Shown: piece after piece, positions 1 through 13,514 of the stretch | Layout of the letters: every line of letters begins with the position of its first letter | Position numbering within the stretch: position 1 is the first letter of the stretch | From: Mobula hypostoma | Lineage: Eukaryota | Direction: 5' to 3' | Length of the DNA: 64,000 nt | Assembly: GCF_963921235.1 (NCBI RefSeq) | Contig: NC_086107.1 | Location: 96,846,001-96,910,000 of the forward strand | Program-made: the position numbers and the translations under genes | The notes under the pieces: model-generated | Seen by the model: only the letters and a program-made list of their open reading frames with translations | Told to the model about the DNA's origin: nothing | Database searches by the model: none

Positions 1-294
1 CACTGAGTGGTTTTGTCTGAAGGTGCTACTGCTCTCTCTGCCCTCCAAAATGTTGAGAATTTCCTTCCTCCACACATGCTGCTCGGCCCACTGAGTTTCT
101 CCAGCTGATTATTTGTTGTTCCTGGTTCCAGCATCTACAATATCTTGCACCTCCAGACCTTGGACCTTTCTTGGATTGTCATGACAATGAGAAGAATACT
201 TCACTTGACCTTATTGTTTTGCATCTGTATTAATGATTTAATGATATTGACTTAATTAATAATGTGGTAAATTCCTTAAGGTTGGTATAGCTGG

Positions 295-810
295 AAGGGG
301 GTTGTGGTGGGTCATGTGGATAAGCTCCCACTACCTACTAAATCCTCCCAATGGCGTGCATATCAAATAGCTTCTGACAACCAAGTCTAGCTCCTGGCCT
401 TCACACGTGGCTTAACTACGAAGCTTGGAGGAACCATTTCTACTGACAGGAGAAGAAGCTGGGTTACTGGTGCCTTAAAACTTATCGCTCTGGGGAGATG
501 GGGCTCATCAGCTGTGGTTGGCAGCTCATCTAGGAGAAGGAAAACTCTGATCTCAAAACTGTGCTGTTTTGTGGGTATACCCACTCGTGAGGAAGGCTTT
601 GGGAGTAAACCCTGAGGAGAAAATCTGGAGCAGGAGTCCCTAAGGCAGTCCAACATTGAGTTCAGGGCTGACTGACACCTCCTGCAATGGCGCTGGTGCC
701 AAACTGCATCGGTCTCTGCCGTTCCTCTGGACTCAACAACTGTGTAGAGAGGGGGAGCTTGCTACATGGGCAACAGCTTGCTCTCCATATCCTACTGACC
801 TGGCTTGCAT
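295..810 (+). repeat. Unclassified ~520-600 bp interspersed repeat (family A), copy 1
   Basis: Colinear with 22541-23135 (aagctccca...ctgacaaccaagtc...ggcagctcatctagga...). Confidence 0.75.
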
Positions 811-869
811 AATAGTGGCACTGCACCAACAACGTGGACAGTTAGGAGGCAGAATCCGTGGTTGACCCC

Positions 870-2245
870 GAAACAGGGAGCCTGAGCTGTGGCAAATTGT
901 GTTAGTAAATTTGCAGATGACACGAAGACTGGAATGTAGTGACAACAAGGAAGGCTATCAAAGCTTGCAGCAGGATCTGGACCAGCTGGGAAAATGGAAT
1001 GAAAAATGCCAGGTGGAATTTAATGCAGACAGTGAGGTGTTGCACTTTGGGAGGACAAACCAGGGTAGGACTTCATTTCAAGAGGAGTAGAATATAAAAG
1101 CAAGAATGTAATGTTGAGACTTTGTAAAACACTAGTGAGGCTTCACCTGGAACACTGTGAGCAGTTTTGGGTCCCTTATCTGAGAAAGGATGTGCTGAAA
1201 CTAGAGAGGGTTCAAGGGAGGTTCACAAAAATTTTCCCAGGATTGAACGGCTTATCATATGAAGAGTGTTTAATGGCTCTTGGCCTCTATTCACTAGAAT
1301 TCAGAAGAATGAGGGGTGACCTCATTGAGACCTATCAAATGGTGAAAGGCCTTGATAGAGTGGATGTGGAGAGGATGTTTCCTATGGTGGGAGAGTCTAA
1401 GACCACAGGACACAGCTTCAGAATAGAGGGGTGTCCTTTGAGAACGGAGATGAGGAGGAATTTCTTTAGCCGGAGAGTGGTGAATCTGTGGGATTCTTTG
1501 CAACGGCCAAGTCTTTACGTATATATAAAGCAGAGGCTGATAGATTCTTGATTAGTCAGGGCATGAAGGGATACGGGGAGAAACATAGAAACATAGAAAG
1601 TAGGTGCAGGGGTAGGTCATTCGGCCCTTCGAGCCTGCACCGCCATTCAGTACGATCATGGCTGATCATCCAACTCAGAACCCTCTACCTGCCTTCTCTC
1701 CATACCCCCGATCCCTTTAGCCACAGGGGCCATATCTAACTCCCTCTTAAATATAGCCAATGAACTGGCCTCCACTGTTTCCTGTGGCGGAAAATTCCAC
1801 AGATTCATCACTCTCTGTGTGAAGAAGTTTTTCCTCATCTCGGTCCTAAAAGGCTTCCCCTTTATCCTCAAACTGTGACCCCTCGTTCTGGACTTCCCAA
1901 ACATCGGGAACAATCTTCCTACATCTAGCCTGTCCAATCCCTTTAGAATTTTATATGTTTCAATAAGATCCCCCCTCAATCTTCTAAATTCCAGCGAGTA
2001 TAAGCCTAGCCGATCCAGTCTTTCATCATATGAAAGTCCTGCCATCCCAGGAATCAATCTGGTGAACCTTCTTTGTACTCCTTCTATGGCAAGGATGTCT
2101 TTCCTCAGATTAGGGGACCAAAACTGCACACAATACTCTAGGCAGGAGATTGGGGCTGAGAGGAAAATTGGATCAGCCATGATGAAATGGTGGAGTAGCC
2201 TCGATGGGGCAAATGGCTGAATTCTGCTCCTCTATCTTATGGTCT
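870..2245 (+). mobile_element. CR1 3' fragments, interrupted by a nested opposite-strand CR1
   Basis: RT C-terminal peptides (LGLYSLEFRRMRGDLIE, RRNFFSRRVVNLW); the 3'UTR resumes at ~2140 after the nested copy. Confidence 0.85.
1581..2140 (-). mobile_element. Nested CR1 3' fragment, same subfamily as 7160-9958
   Basis: ORF 1656-2180(-) is almost identical to the C-terminus of 8497-9861; tail gaaacatagaaacatagaaa. Confidence 0.92.
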
Positions 2246-2404
2246 AACTCAGTGAAAAGGGATCTGGAAATACTGATCTAGAATTCTTTGAAAGTGGGAT
2301 AGGGAAATTCTAGGCAGTTTCTAGAGTAGGTTACATGGTCGGCACAACATTGTGGGCTGAAGGGCCTGTAATGCGCCATAGATTTCTATGTTTCGATGTT
2401 ATAT

Positions 2405-2942
2405 TTCATAAAGAGAGCTTTTGGCAAATTGGTCTTCATAAATCAAAGCACAGTGCAGGTGTAATGTTTAAATTGTACGAGATGTTGGCGAGGCCAAATT
2501 TGGAGAATTGCACACAGTTATGGTTAACTACCTACAGGAAACATGTTAAAAAGTTGAAAGAGTGCAGAAAAAAATTTTACAAGGATGTTGCCAGGACTCG
2601 GGATTTATAAAAGATTGAATAGGTTTGGGCTTTGTACTCTGGAGTATAGGAGAACGAGGGGAGATCTTAGAGAGGTATAGGTAGGGTACCTACGTGCAGG
2701 CTTTTCCCCCTGACGTTGGGTGAGTCATAGGATGAGGGTGAATGGTGAAATGTTTAAGGGGAAACTGAGGAGGAATTTCTTCACTGAGAGGGTGGTGGAA
2801 GTGTGGAACACATAAGGAAATAAGAGAAGTTTGGATCAGTATATGAATGGGCTCATCGGGAATCGGCAGAAAACAGGTTGGCACAGACTGGATGTGCCAA
2901 AGAGCCTATTTATGTGCTGTAGTCTTCTCTAACTCTCTGACT
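2405..2942 (+). mobile_element. Decayed CR1 3' fragment
   Basis: RPNLENCTQLW-like peptide, aatttcttcactgagagggtggtg, tail. Confidence 0.7.
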
Positions 2943-3094
2943 CAATAACCTCTTAACGTCTTCAATATGATTTAAACTCTGAAACCAAGAAATCTCAGCT
3001 CAGGGTAAATCTGGTTCCTTGGAAAATAGGGCACCTGGATCCAATGAAGGAATGGATGAGACCAATTATGCCCAAAAACTGCAGCTGGACTCAC

Positions 3095-3245
3095 CTCTCC
3101 TTGCTGGCTCTGCTACGACTATGTTACATTACCAACCTACTATCCCATGAGTAAAAATAAGTGATCTAATTTTGTACCGGGCTGGAGATGAAGCTATGTT
3201 ATCTGTTGTGTGTGAGAGAGAGAGAGAACTACTGGCTCCCAGCAG
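3095..3245 (-). other. Probable non-coding first exon of a minus-strand gene continuing left of the window (SEPTIN3 by synteny only)
   Basis: Strong donor GAG|GTGAGTC on the minus strand (gactcac 3088-3094) in a ~2 kb repeat-free island, with promoter motifs directly upstream. The human order is CENPM-SMIM45-SEPTIN3. No coding sequence was seen. Confidence 0.45.
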
Positions 3246-3277
3246 ACAGCCACTGCCATTGTTTCTCCGTCCTGCTT

Positions 3278-3308
3278 TGATTGGTGGCAACAAGGTTACT
3301 ATGGGAAC
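3278..3308 (-). promoter_or_regulatory. CCAAT box plus RFX X-box-like element
   Basis: TGATTGGT at 3278-3285 (ACCAATCA on minus); GTTACTATGGGAAC at 3295-3308. Confidence 0.5.
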
Positions 3309-4941
3309 ACGTGCCGTGTAACAAGCAATTTTCTGCTGTGTTAAAGGGAAATAGCTGTTAAAGAGTTTAACTCTTCTGCCAAATCCTCTTATTCCTTTAG
3401 AAAAGATAATAGACCTTTAAGAATCATGCTGATTGGGGCGCAATAACAGTTTGCGATCCACTGGAATTTAAATACTTCCAAATCTAACATCTGGATTTTT
3501 GACGCTCTTAAAGCTAAAATGATAGACACTGATTGACAACTACCCCATTCACGGAGGGATTTCTTTGGACAAGGGTAAGGATGTAAATCTTATTATCCCA
3601 TTTTTCTTCATGATCCTCTCTAAGGCGTGGGAAATTTAGCTGAATGAGTCTGTGGGCAGCTGACCCGCTGCCTTTATATCCCAGAAGGTCAATAAATTAC
3701 GCTACTCTTTGCAAAGAAATGGGTGATGCTCTCTATATCCGGCTGAACCTTAGCCTGCTTTGGCTTTACTGTTCGTTTTGTGTGTCTTGCTACATAGTAT
3801 TGACCACTTCGTGCTTCTGTGGCTTTTAACGAATTAGACCGAAAGACAAATCAGTTGACCACGATATTTTTATTTAAGACATGCTCAAATGCTGCCTGAC
3901 AACCTGTAGACAGGTTATCTTTGCAAACATAAAGATATCTTCTCACAATTTATGAATCAACTCAGACTGAGCGAATCTTTTACACATTTGGGTGTTTACT
4001 ACTGCATAGACAGATGATGTGGATTCAATATTGCACTTGCCAGGGTATTAAAGCTTAGGGTGGTAAAATACATCAGCCCCAATGGGGTTGTGTGGATGAT
4101 GGAACCGTGGGAGAGGCTTGATTGAATTGAATTCACTGAACGATGCGACTGAGAGCAGAACTAGTCAAATATCGTAATTCTCTTACCCTTTTGATCTCGC
4201 TGAATGGGTAGCTGCTGATTTAACCTCGTGCGGATGGCAATTGCGATTTTTTTTCAAACAGATGAATTGGTTGGATTACACTGAATGGTTTGCTTTGAGT
4301 TTGGATTATACACAGGGGTGAATTCTGGACTGCAATTGTCAGAATGGATAGGTTTATTTTGGATTCTCGAATAGAGGTACAATTGGGTTGTCAACATCTA
4401 AATGGTCAGGGTTATATTGCTTCCACAAACAGATCTGTGGTAGGAACCTTATCGGGGGACTGCAGTATTGTACACACAATGTGGGTATTGATCATTTGGC
4501 GGAATGGCAGGTTTCTACCTAATTAAGCTTTACAAACCATTGCACGCCATCAGTGGTAAATATGGCTTTCAAGTGAGGAAAGGTATTTCATTACATTCCG
4601 AAGACGACCAAAAGCATTCTAGGTTCATTTATATATTTGTAACACGGCTACTTCAGTTAATTTTACGCAAGCAAACTTATACGATTGACGTGCACCGGTT
4701 GGTGTCTCGCAGTGAACCTCAAACGTGAGGATTATGAGCTCCAGACTAAGCGTCGGGAAGCTCCGCAAAGTTCATGGTCAGTAGAATTTGGCGTCCGGAT
4801 AGAAGTATTTAAACCAAGAGGAATCCACAATAGATCCGGATCACCTACTCAGACCTGCAAAACAAAACCCGGCAGCACCTTGAGTCAGTGGAGTTGGTAT
4901 CAAGTAAATCTGGATTCACTTTGAAAACGGTGGCATTTTGT

Positions 4942-5330
4942 AAACACGAGAGATTCCGCAGATGCGGGAAATGAAGAGTAACGTGCACCAAATTCCGGAG
5001 GAACTCAGCGGGCCAGGCAGCATCTATGGAGAGGAATAAACAGTCGACGTTTCGGGCTGCGACTGTTCTTCAGGACTGGGAAGGAGACCAGAATAACTTG
5101 ATGGCGGGGCGGGGCGGGGGGGGGGGAAGAGTTAAAGAAATTGATGGTTGTGCCATCGGTTTTGGGGCTACCCAGATGGAATATGAGGTGTTGCTCCTCC
5201 AACATGAGAGTGGCCTCATGGTGGCAGTAGAGGAGGCCTCGGAGCAATGTGCTGGAATGGGGATTGGAAGAGGTTGGTCTCCGAGAGATCCTGCTTGTTG
5301 CGGATGGAGTGAAAGTGCTCGACAAAGCGC
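4942..5330 (-). mobile_element. Penelope-like element 3' fragment with a degenerate hammerhead (5041-5078)
   Basis: GIY-YIG C-terminal-like peptide LEEQHLIFHLGSPKTDG; CUGAAGA...GAAACGUCGACUG; shared tail gatgctg...ttccagcatctgc. Confidence 0.75.
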
Positions 5331-6351
5331 CCCCCCCCCAAACAAAATCTATGTCAGAGATAGTATTTTGTAGCAGGGCCACTGAGTGATGAAAGGAAGG
5401 GTTCCCACCGTCAGAATATCAGCACAAATCCTACAATGACGATGTGGCAGAAGATTCTCTCAGTTCGTTATTACTTCATGGAAAACAACATTAAAACAAG
5501 GATTTTTTTTTGTGCAGCAGTCACCCCCTGTGCATGAGACAGCTTTTAACCCCAGCAATTTTACGCTGAATGGCTTTGACCTCCTTTGAATTATTCCTAT
5601 CGATATTTGTAGAGAGGCTGAGTTGTTAAAAGCAATACCATTAGCTGCTAGTCATTCAGAGGATTTATTACGGAGTCTGTAGGAGAGCCATGGTCTGCGT
5701 GAACTAGAGTGGAATGCACTGCCAGCGAAGGTGGTACAGGCGGATACAATAGGGTCTTTTAAGAGACTCTTAGGTAGGTACATGGAGCTTAGAAAAATAT
5801 TGTATAGGGCTATGCGGTAGGGAAATTCTAGGTAGTTCTAGAGTAGGTTCCATGGCCGGCACAACATTATGGGCCGAAGAACCTGTAATGTGCTGTAGAT
5901 TTCTATGTTATCGGACTCTAGGTGGGTGCAGCGCGGAATGTGATCTTCCTGAGCCTGAGCCCAATTTGAACTTCAGTCGGCTCTCAGTAGACTCTGGAAG
6001 GATAGTGTACATAAAGGCTTTTCAGGTTATACTCATCAAGCCTGTTCTCCCCCAAAAAGAACTTGAGCTAATTCCATTCACAAATACTGTGTATAATCCA
6101 CCTCTGCTTCATAAATTCAATCAAATTGAAACTTCCCCGCCCCCACTTCCACAATGAAGTCATATGAACTCTATTCTTACTTTAGTGTTGAATCATCTGC
6201 CAAGTCCATTAATGAATAGCAAATTGATTTGTTAAGACTGTAATTTTTAAAAATATTGGAACATTAAGAGTTCTTTTAATTTTCATTTTTCGGGAAAAGA
6301 AGTATTTCAGATCGATCACCTCTTATGACTCAAAATTGGATTTTTGTTAAT

Positions 6352-6602
6352 TAATTTATTTATTGAGACACAGCGTGAAATAGGCCCTCCTGACTTCCTT
6401 TGAGCCGTGCCACCGAGCAATCCCCCGATTTAACCCTGGCCTAATCACAGGACAATTTACAATGACCAATCAGCCTGCTGGAGCACCCGGAGGAAACCCA
6501 CGCAGTCACGGTGAGAATATGCAAACTCCTTGCAGGCAGCGGTGGGAGTTGAGCCCTTGTTGCCTGTACTGTAAAGCGTTGTGCTAACCACTAGCTACCG
6601 TG
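6352..6602 (-). mobile_element. V-SINE (HE1-like)
   Basis: tRNA-like head; V-domain gagtttgcatattctcaccgtgactgcgtgggtttcctccgggtgctcc on minus; (AATA)n tail. Confidence 0.8.
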
Positions 6603-6900
6603 TTAATCTTAGGGCACTGGCCCAAGAGTCGAAGTATCCTACAGAATTGTAATCTCACTTATTGCAGGATATTATATTCTACCTGAGCTTTCTCCTTATC
6701 CCTGAATTTTCTGAAAATTATTTCCCAACAAAATAAGAGATGATGTTCTTTTCTTTCTTTTAGATTTCTTTCTCTTCCACAGGGTCCAGTTCTGCTTTAG
6801 GTATCACCACAAACATTTGTCTGTTCAGCCCCTGGAAATCCCATCTTCACTGGTGGAGCACACCTGATGGGCCAAATGGCCTAATTCTGTTGCTAAAGTA

Positions 6901-6962
6901 CTGTGCGACACTCTTAGACACATATACAGTATATAGCGAGGGTGCCTAAGACTTTTGCACAG
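6901..6962. mobile_element. Tiny Tc1-type MITE flanked by TA
   Basis: ta|ctgtgcgacactcttagacac ... gtgcctaagacttttgcacag|ta, imperfect ~21-bp TIRs. Confidence 0.65.
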
Positions 6963-7159
6963 TAGAAGTCTTAATTTTATGTACTGCACTACGGCTGTAG
7001 CAAAAAAAAAACAAATTTCAAGATGTGAGTGATGATAAATCTGATTCTGATTTGGGTCTGTATTGTGGACTGAGAGTGGGAAGGGGGCAGGGAGAGGGGA
7101 TTCATGGTTGGGAAGGGAGAGGGGAGGGAGTGGGAAGCACCAGAGAGACATTCTGTAAT

Positions 7160-9958
7160 GGCTCCAGGGTGACCAGGGATGGGAGCTCAACATTCAGGGA
7201 TATTCAATATTCAGGAGGGATAGACATGAAGGAAGGGGAGGTGGGGTGGCGTTGCTGGTTAAAGAAGAGATTAGCGCAATAGAAAGGAAGGACATAAGCC
7301 GGGAAGATGTGGAATCGATATGGGTAGAGCTGCGTAACACTAAGGGGCAGAAGACGCTGGTGGGAGTTGTGTACAGGCCACCTAACAGTAGTAGTGAGGT
7401 CGGAGATGGTATTAAACAGGAAATTAGAAATGTGTGCAATAAAGGAATAGCAGTTATAATGGGTGACTTCAATCTACATGTAGATTGGGTGAACCAAATT
7501 GGTAAAGGTGCTGAGGAAGAGGATTTCTTGGAATGTATGCGGGATGGTTTTTTAAACCAACATATCGAGGAACCAACTGGAGAGCAGGCTATTCTGGACT
7601 GGGTTTTGAGCAATGAGGAAGGGTTAATTAGCGATCTTGTCATGAGAGGCCCCTTGGGTAAGAGTGACCATAATATGGTGGAATTCTTCATTAAGATGGA
7701 GAGTGACATAATTAATTCAGAAACAAAGGTTCTGAACTTAAAGTGGGGTAACTTTGAAGGTATGAAACGTGAATTAGCTAAGATAGACTGGCAAATGACA
7801 CTTAAAGGATTGACGGTGGATATGCAATGGCAAGCATTTAAAGGTTGCATGGATGAACTACAACAATTGTTCATCCCAGTTTGGCAAAAGAATAAATCAA
7901 GGAAGGTAGTGCACCCGTGGCTGACAACAGAAATTAGGGATAGTATCAATTCCAAAGAAGAAGCATACAAATTAGCCAGAGAAAGTGGCTCACCTGAGGA
8001 CTGGGAGAAATTCAGAGTTCAGCAGAGGAGGACAAAGGGCTTAATTAGGAAGGGGAAAAAAGATTATGAGGGAAAACTGGCAGGGAACATAAAAACAGAC
8101 TGTAAAAGCTTTTATAGATATGTAAAAAGGAAAAGACTGGTAAAGACAAATGTAGGTCCCCTGCAGACAGAAACAGGTGAATTGATTATGGGGAGCAAGG
8201 ACATGGCAGACCAATTGAATAACTACTTTGGTTCTGTCTTCACTAAGGAGGACATAAATAATCTTCCAGAAATAGTAAGGGACAGAGGGTCCAGTGAGAT
8301 GGAGGAACTGAGCGAAATACATGTTAGTAGGGAAGTGGTGTTGGGTAAATTGAAGGGATTGAAGGCAGATAAATCCCCAGGGCCAGATGGTCTGCATCCT
8401 AGAGTGCTTAAAGAAGTAGCCCAAGAAATAGTGGATGCATTAGTGATAATTTTTCAAAACTCGTTAGATTCTGGACTAGTTCCTGAGGATTGAAGGGTGG
8501 CTAATGTAACCCCACTTTTTAAAAAAGGAGGGAGAGAGAAACCGGGGAATTATAGACCGGTTAGCCTAACGTCGGTGGTGGGGAAACTGCTGGAGTCAGT
8601 TATCAAGGATGTGATAACAGCACATTTGGAAAGCGGTGAAATGATCGGACAAAGTCAGCATGGATTTGTGAAAGGAAAATCATGTCTGACGAATCTCATA
8701 GAATTTTTTGAGGATGTAACTAGTAGAATGGATAGGGGAGAACCAGTGGATGTGGTATATTTGGATTTTCAAAAGGCTTTTGACAAGGTCCCACACAGGA
8801 GATTAGTGTGCAAACTTAAAGCACACGGTATTGGGGGTAAGGTATTGGTGTGGGTGGAGAATTGGTTAGCAGACAGGAAGCAAAGAGTGGGAATAAACGG
8901 GACCTTTTCAGAATGGCAGGCGGTGACTAGTGGGATACCGCAAGGCTCAGTGCTGGGACCCCAGTTGTTTACAATATATATTAATGACTTGGATGAGGGA
9001 ATTGAATGCAGCATCTCCAAGTTTGTGGATGACACGAAGCTGGGTGGCAGTGTTAGCTGTGAGGAGGATGCTAAGAGGATGCAGGGTGACTTGGATAGGT
9101 TGGATGAGTGGGCAAATTCATGGCAGGTGCAATTTAATGTGGATAAATGTGAAGTTATCCACTTTGGTGGCAAAAATAGGAAAACAGATTATTATCTGAA
9201 TGGTGGCCGATTAGGAAAAGGGGAGGTGCAACGAGACCTGGGTGTCATTATACACCAGTCATTGAAAGTGGGCATGCAGGTACAGCAGGCGGTGAAAAAG
9301 GTGAATGGTATGCTGGCATTTATAGCGAGAGGATTCGAGTACAGGAGCAGGGAGGTACTACTGCAGTTGTACAAGGCCTTGGTGAGACCACACCTGGAGT
9401 ATTGTGTGCAGTTTTGGTCCCCTAATCTGAGGAAAGACATCCTTGCCATAGAGGGAGTACAAAGAAGGTTCACCAGATTGATTCCTGGGATGGCAGGACT
9501 TTCATATGAAGAAAGACTGGATGAACTGGGCTTGTACTCGTTGGAATTTAGAAGATTGAGGGGGGATCTGATTGAAACGTATAAAATCCTAAAGGGATTG
9601 GACAGGCTAGATGCAGGAAGATTGTTCCCGATGTTGGGGAAGTCCAGAATGAGGGGCCACAGTTTGAGGATAGAGGGGAAGCCTTTTAGGACCGAGATTA
9701 GGAAAAACTTCTTCACACAGAGAGTGGTGAATCTGTGGAATTCTCTGCCACAGGAAACAGTTGAGGCCAGTTCATTGGCTATATTTAAGAGGGAGTTAGA
9801 TATGGCCCTTGTGGCTACGGGGGTCAGGGGGTATGGAGGGAAGGCTGGGGTGGGGTTCTGAGTTGGATGATCAGCCATGATCATAATAAATGGCGGTGCA
9901 GGCTCGAAGGGCCGAATGGCCTACTCCTGCACCTATTTTCTATGTTTCTATGTTTCTA
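7160..9958 (+). mobile_element. Young 5'-truncated CR1 LINE (ORF2 with one nonsense codon)
   Basis: ORFs 7246-8493 and 8497-9861 are in the same frame, split by TGA in EDW*RV; EN and RT motifs; (TATGTTTC)n tail. Confidence 0.95.
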
Positions 9959-10069
9959 TAAACCAATTGATTGGAATCAAATGACCACTGTTTTAAGACT
10001 ACTGAATAGTCCCTAGTATGATAAGATGGGCTCTTGACCTCACAAACTACCTCGTTGTGACATTGTGAC

Positions 10070-10822
10070 CACTGCTACACTACGATAAGGAATGCCTATC
10101 ATTCCTTCCTGAGACCACATTTTGGCAAGTCAGATCATCTAGCTGTACTCCTGCTACCTGCATACAGACAGAGTCAAAAGAGCAAGCCTTCAGAAATCAA
10201 GACAACTAAGGCAGAGGAACCGGTACAGGATTGCCTTGAGTCAGTGGACTGGGCTGTGTTGGAGACCTGATCTGAGGACCTGAATGAGGGTTGTTCGTAC
10301 TTTATTACAACAGATGTGGATGAGTGTGTCCCCACAAAGTTGTTCAGAGCCTACCCCAATCAGAAGCTCTGGATGAACCATGGAATCTGGAATTTGCTGA
10401 GATCCAGATCAGAGGCATTCAAGCCTGGAGATCAAGAACACCACAAGAGGTGCAGGTATGATCTCCGGAAAGCCATCTCTTGGGCGAAGTGGAGATTCTG
10501 GACTAGACTGGAATCAATGAGGGATGCTCAACAGCTGTGGCAGGGTTTGAATGCAATAAACTCCTACAAAGTTCAAACTTGTGACATAGGGGACAGCAGA
10601 GCTTCAGTTCCAGATGAGCTCAATTCCTTCTATGCTCACCTTGACCATCAGAACAGGGAGGAAACATTGCGTGCCCCATGTCTCCTGATGGTCCTTTGGT
10701 CTCAGTATCTGAAGATGATGTGCGGGCTGCCTTCAAGATAATGAATCCAAGGAAAGCATCCAGTCCAGACGGAGTACCTGGCCAAGTACTGAAGGCCTGG
10801 GCTGACCAGCTGGCTGGTGTGG
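10070..10822 (+). mobile_element. Rex1/Babar LINE internal fragment
   Basis: YPNQKLWMN...PDELNSFYA and KASSPDGVPG linker peptides. Confidence 0.8.
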
Positions 10823-12829
10823 AACAGGAAATGTAGCAATCTTCCTTACTTTAATGATATGTGTGAACTTGATTTCTCCACCTATTCGATGGGCTCAACT
10901 TGTTGGTATTTTTTAAAATTTTTGTAGTAATAGTAAGGCGATCACTTGAATCGAGTATAAATTTCTCCCACGGGATTATTTCCTGAATGGCAAACACCTG
11001 TGCGTGGACTTTGTTTAATATGGGGAATCTGATGCACGGCAGCCACCACATGGTCTTTGACAATCAGGACCAGAGTCCAGTAGGGTGGAATGCAAGATGG
11101 CTGGGGACTCTTCGCTGTCATTGTGACGCATCATCACCTACTGCCAGCTCCACTGTTGAGGTCTTGGTTGGATTGCTCTTTGTGTAGAACCTCCTCTTTG
11201 ACCTTACTGCCTTGGGTGGCCTTACCAGGAACTAAGCTCCAGATGCTATCACGCTCAGGATGTCATAAACCTCTCCATCATGACAAAATTGTGATGCTTG
11301 GAGAAGTTTTCTTTTTGTTTTCATCAGGGAGTGGAGGACATTCCCAGTCTGACCTACCAGGCATGTCCTCCTGCTCAACATTTTGCAACTCCCACCATTG
11401 CCTCTGTTCTCACTCTCCAACTGCTCCCTTCACTCATTGAATAGGTAAACTTGATTACCTCATTTTCACCCCATCAGGGTCAAACTCCCGTCCCACCTTC
11501 CCTGCATTTTAACACCCTTCTATTGTCTCATTCTGGCTTTTGGTGAGAGGTCTTTGACCTGAAAATGTAACCCTATTTCTCTTCTTACTCTGTTCTGAGT
11601 GTTTCCAGCATTCTCTGTTTTTAATCTTAGATTTCCAGCATCTGCAGTTGTTTTGGTTTTCAGAAGTTGGAAGCGATTTTGTCTTGTTCATGAAAACCAG
11701 ACGAGAGACTCTGAACAGGGATCTAGTTTCCTTAATCCAACAGTGCTGTAATTATTTCTGTTAGCTAACTTGGGAACCCCCATCCCCACACTCCCAATTT
11801 TTAACTGGCCAGCTTTTAAAAAAAAAAGTGTTTCATGGGATTAAAAAACTCATCAAAGAAACTCGAGTGCCTCTGTTAATGGGCAAAATGAGTTGGCACG
11901 ATGCTGCTTCCAAACAGAACAGCCTGGACTCAGCTGCTGCCTGGTCAGCATGGTCTGAATTTATCCAGACCTCCAAGCCTGATGACAGATGCCTGTCATC
12001 CATTCCTTTCTTCACCACTGGGCTCCATATGGTTCAAAGGCAGAGCCTAGAACCCTCAGCGCTTGACAGGGGCTGCAGCACAAGGTAACTTCTCACTTAT
12101 TTTTAAAATTGTTTTAATAATTTCTTAATGTGTTGTCTTAATCTTCAAAAAGTTTGAAAGTTAAAAAGATTTAAAAATTATTTAAGTCAATTCCATTAAG
12201 TTTTTAAATCACTATCAAAGATATTTAAGAATGCCCTCCATCCTAGCCTTTACCAGTCAGACCCCCCTGAGGTTCTCGCGGAACGGTGGGGTGAAACCTC
12301 AGGGTGGCATTTCAGCTGAAGACCAATTGGCACAGAGGGCCAAAGGTCGGCTGGCTCAGCCTCTGCATCGGTGCACTAGTGGCTGCCTAGGGAAACTGCC
12401 GACCACCCCTGCCAAATCCGGCATTATTTGGTCCAATGGTTTGTCATCTGCTAAGTAAAATTCCAAATGCCAGGACTTTCTCTCTAGCTACTCTTGATCC
12501 ATCACCGCTGCTTGATCGATGGAGAAGCCAGGTCCCAGTGGAGTGTTTCCTATGCCACTTGTATCAATTAGATCCTTGGTCCTCGGTAGAGACTTTAGTG
12601 AATTTAAAGGTGAGAACAATTCTTGTGGAGTCCATCATTGACTGGGCTCGTTCCTCTCTGAGTGATGATAATGGCAGCCACAGGAGTATAGTTATTTGCT
12701 AGTAAAACTACCTACTTTTTTGTGACAGAAATTTACTTTCTAGGGATTGAGAAGCTTATTGCCAACCTCAGCTTTCTAGCCCGGCAGTGTGACCCTCCAG
12801 AGGGTCAGCATTGTTTATGTCAAAGATAA

Positions 12830-13200
12830 AAGGATCTCAATGGACCCTATCAAATGTTGAAAGGCCGAGTGAGAGTGAATGCGGAGAGGATGCTTCCTAT
12901 AGTGGGCAAGCCTAGGGCCAGGAGGCACAACCTCAGAATGGTGGAACGTCAGTTTAGAACGGAGGTGAGGAGGAATTTCTTTAGCCAGAGGATGATGAAT
13001 TTGTGGAATTCATTGCCACAGCTGGCTTTGAAAGCTAGGTCATTGAGTGTATTTAAACTGGAAGTTGATAAATTTTTGAAAAGTTACCGGGAGAAAGCAG
13101 GAGAATAGGGTTGAGGGTGAAATGGATCAGCCATGATCAAATGGCGGAGCAGACTCGATGGGCCGAATGACCTAATTCTGCTCCAATGTCTTATGGTCTT
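12830..13200 (+). mobile_element. CR1 3' fragment
   Basis: FRTEVRRNFFSQRMMNLWNSLP and a 3'UTR ending cttatggtctt. Confidence 0.8.
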
Positions 13201-13228
13201 AAATTTCTAACCAATATCTTTGCCCAAC

Positions 13229-13514
13229 TTCAGTCGAAGCAAGCAGCTGAAAAGAGGGGAGTGAAGAAATTGGGTAGAAAAATTTTTTTTTAAACACTGC
13301 TCGGGGCGAAGGGTCTGCACTGCGCAGGCGCGTGATGTAGCGCGCCAAGGTTTAAAAAGAGAAATTTTCAACGGTTCTTGTTTCAGTCGAAGCAAGCAGC
13401 TGAGAAGAAGGGAGTGAAGAAATCGGGTAGAAAAAGTCATTTTTTTTAAACACTGCTCGGGGAGAAGGGTCTGCACTGCGCAGGCGCGTGACGTAGCGTG
13501 CCAAGGTTTAAAAG
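13229..13514 (+). repeat. Tandem 153-bp monomer repeat in the CR1 5'UTR
   Basis: ttcagtcgaagcaagcagctga...ccaaggtttaaaa starts at 13229 and again at 13382. Confidence 0.9.

Noticed and set aside
7194..9884. Long antisense ORFs over CR1 ORF2
   Set aside because: Shadow frames of the RT coding sequence with no independent features.
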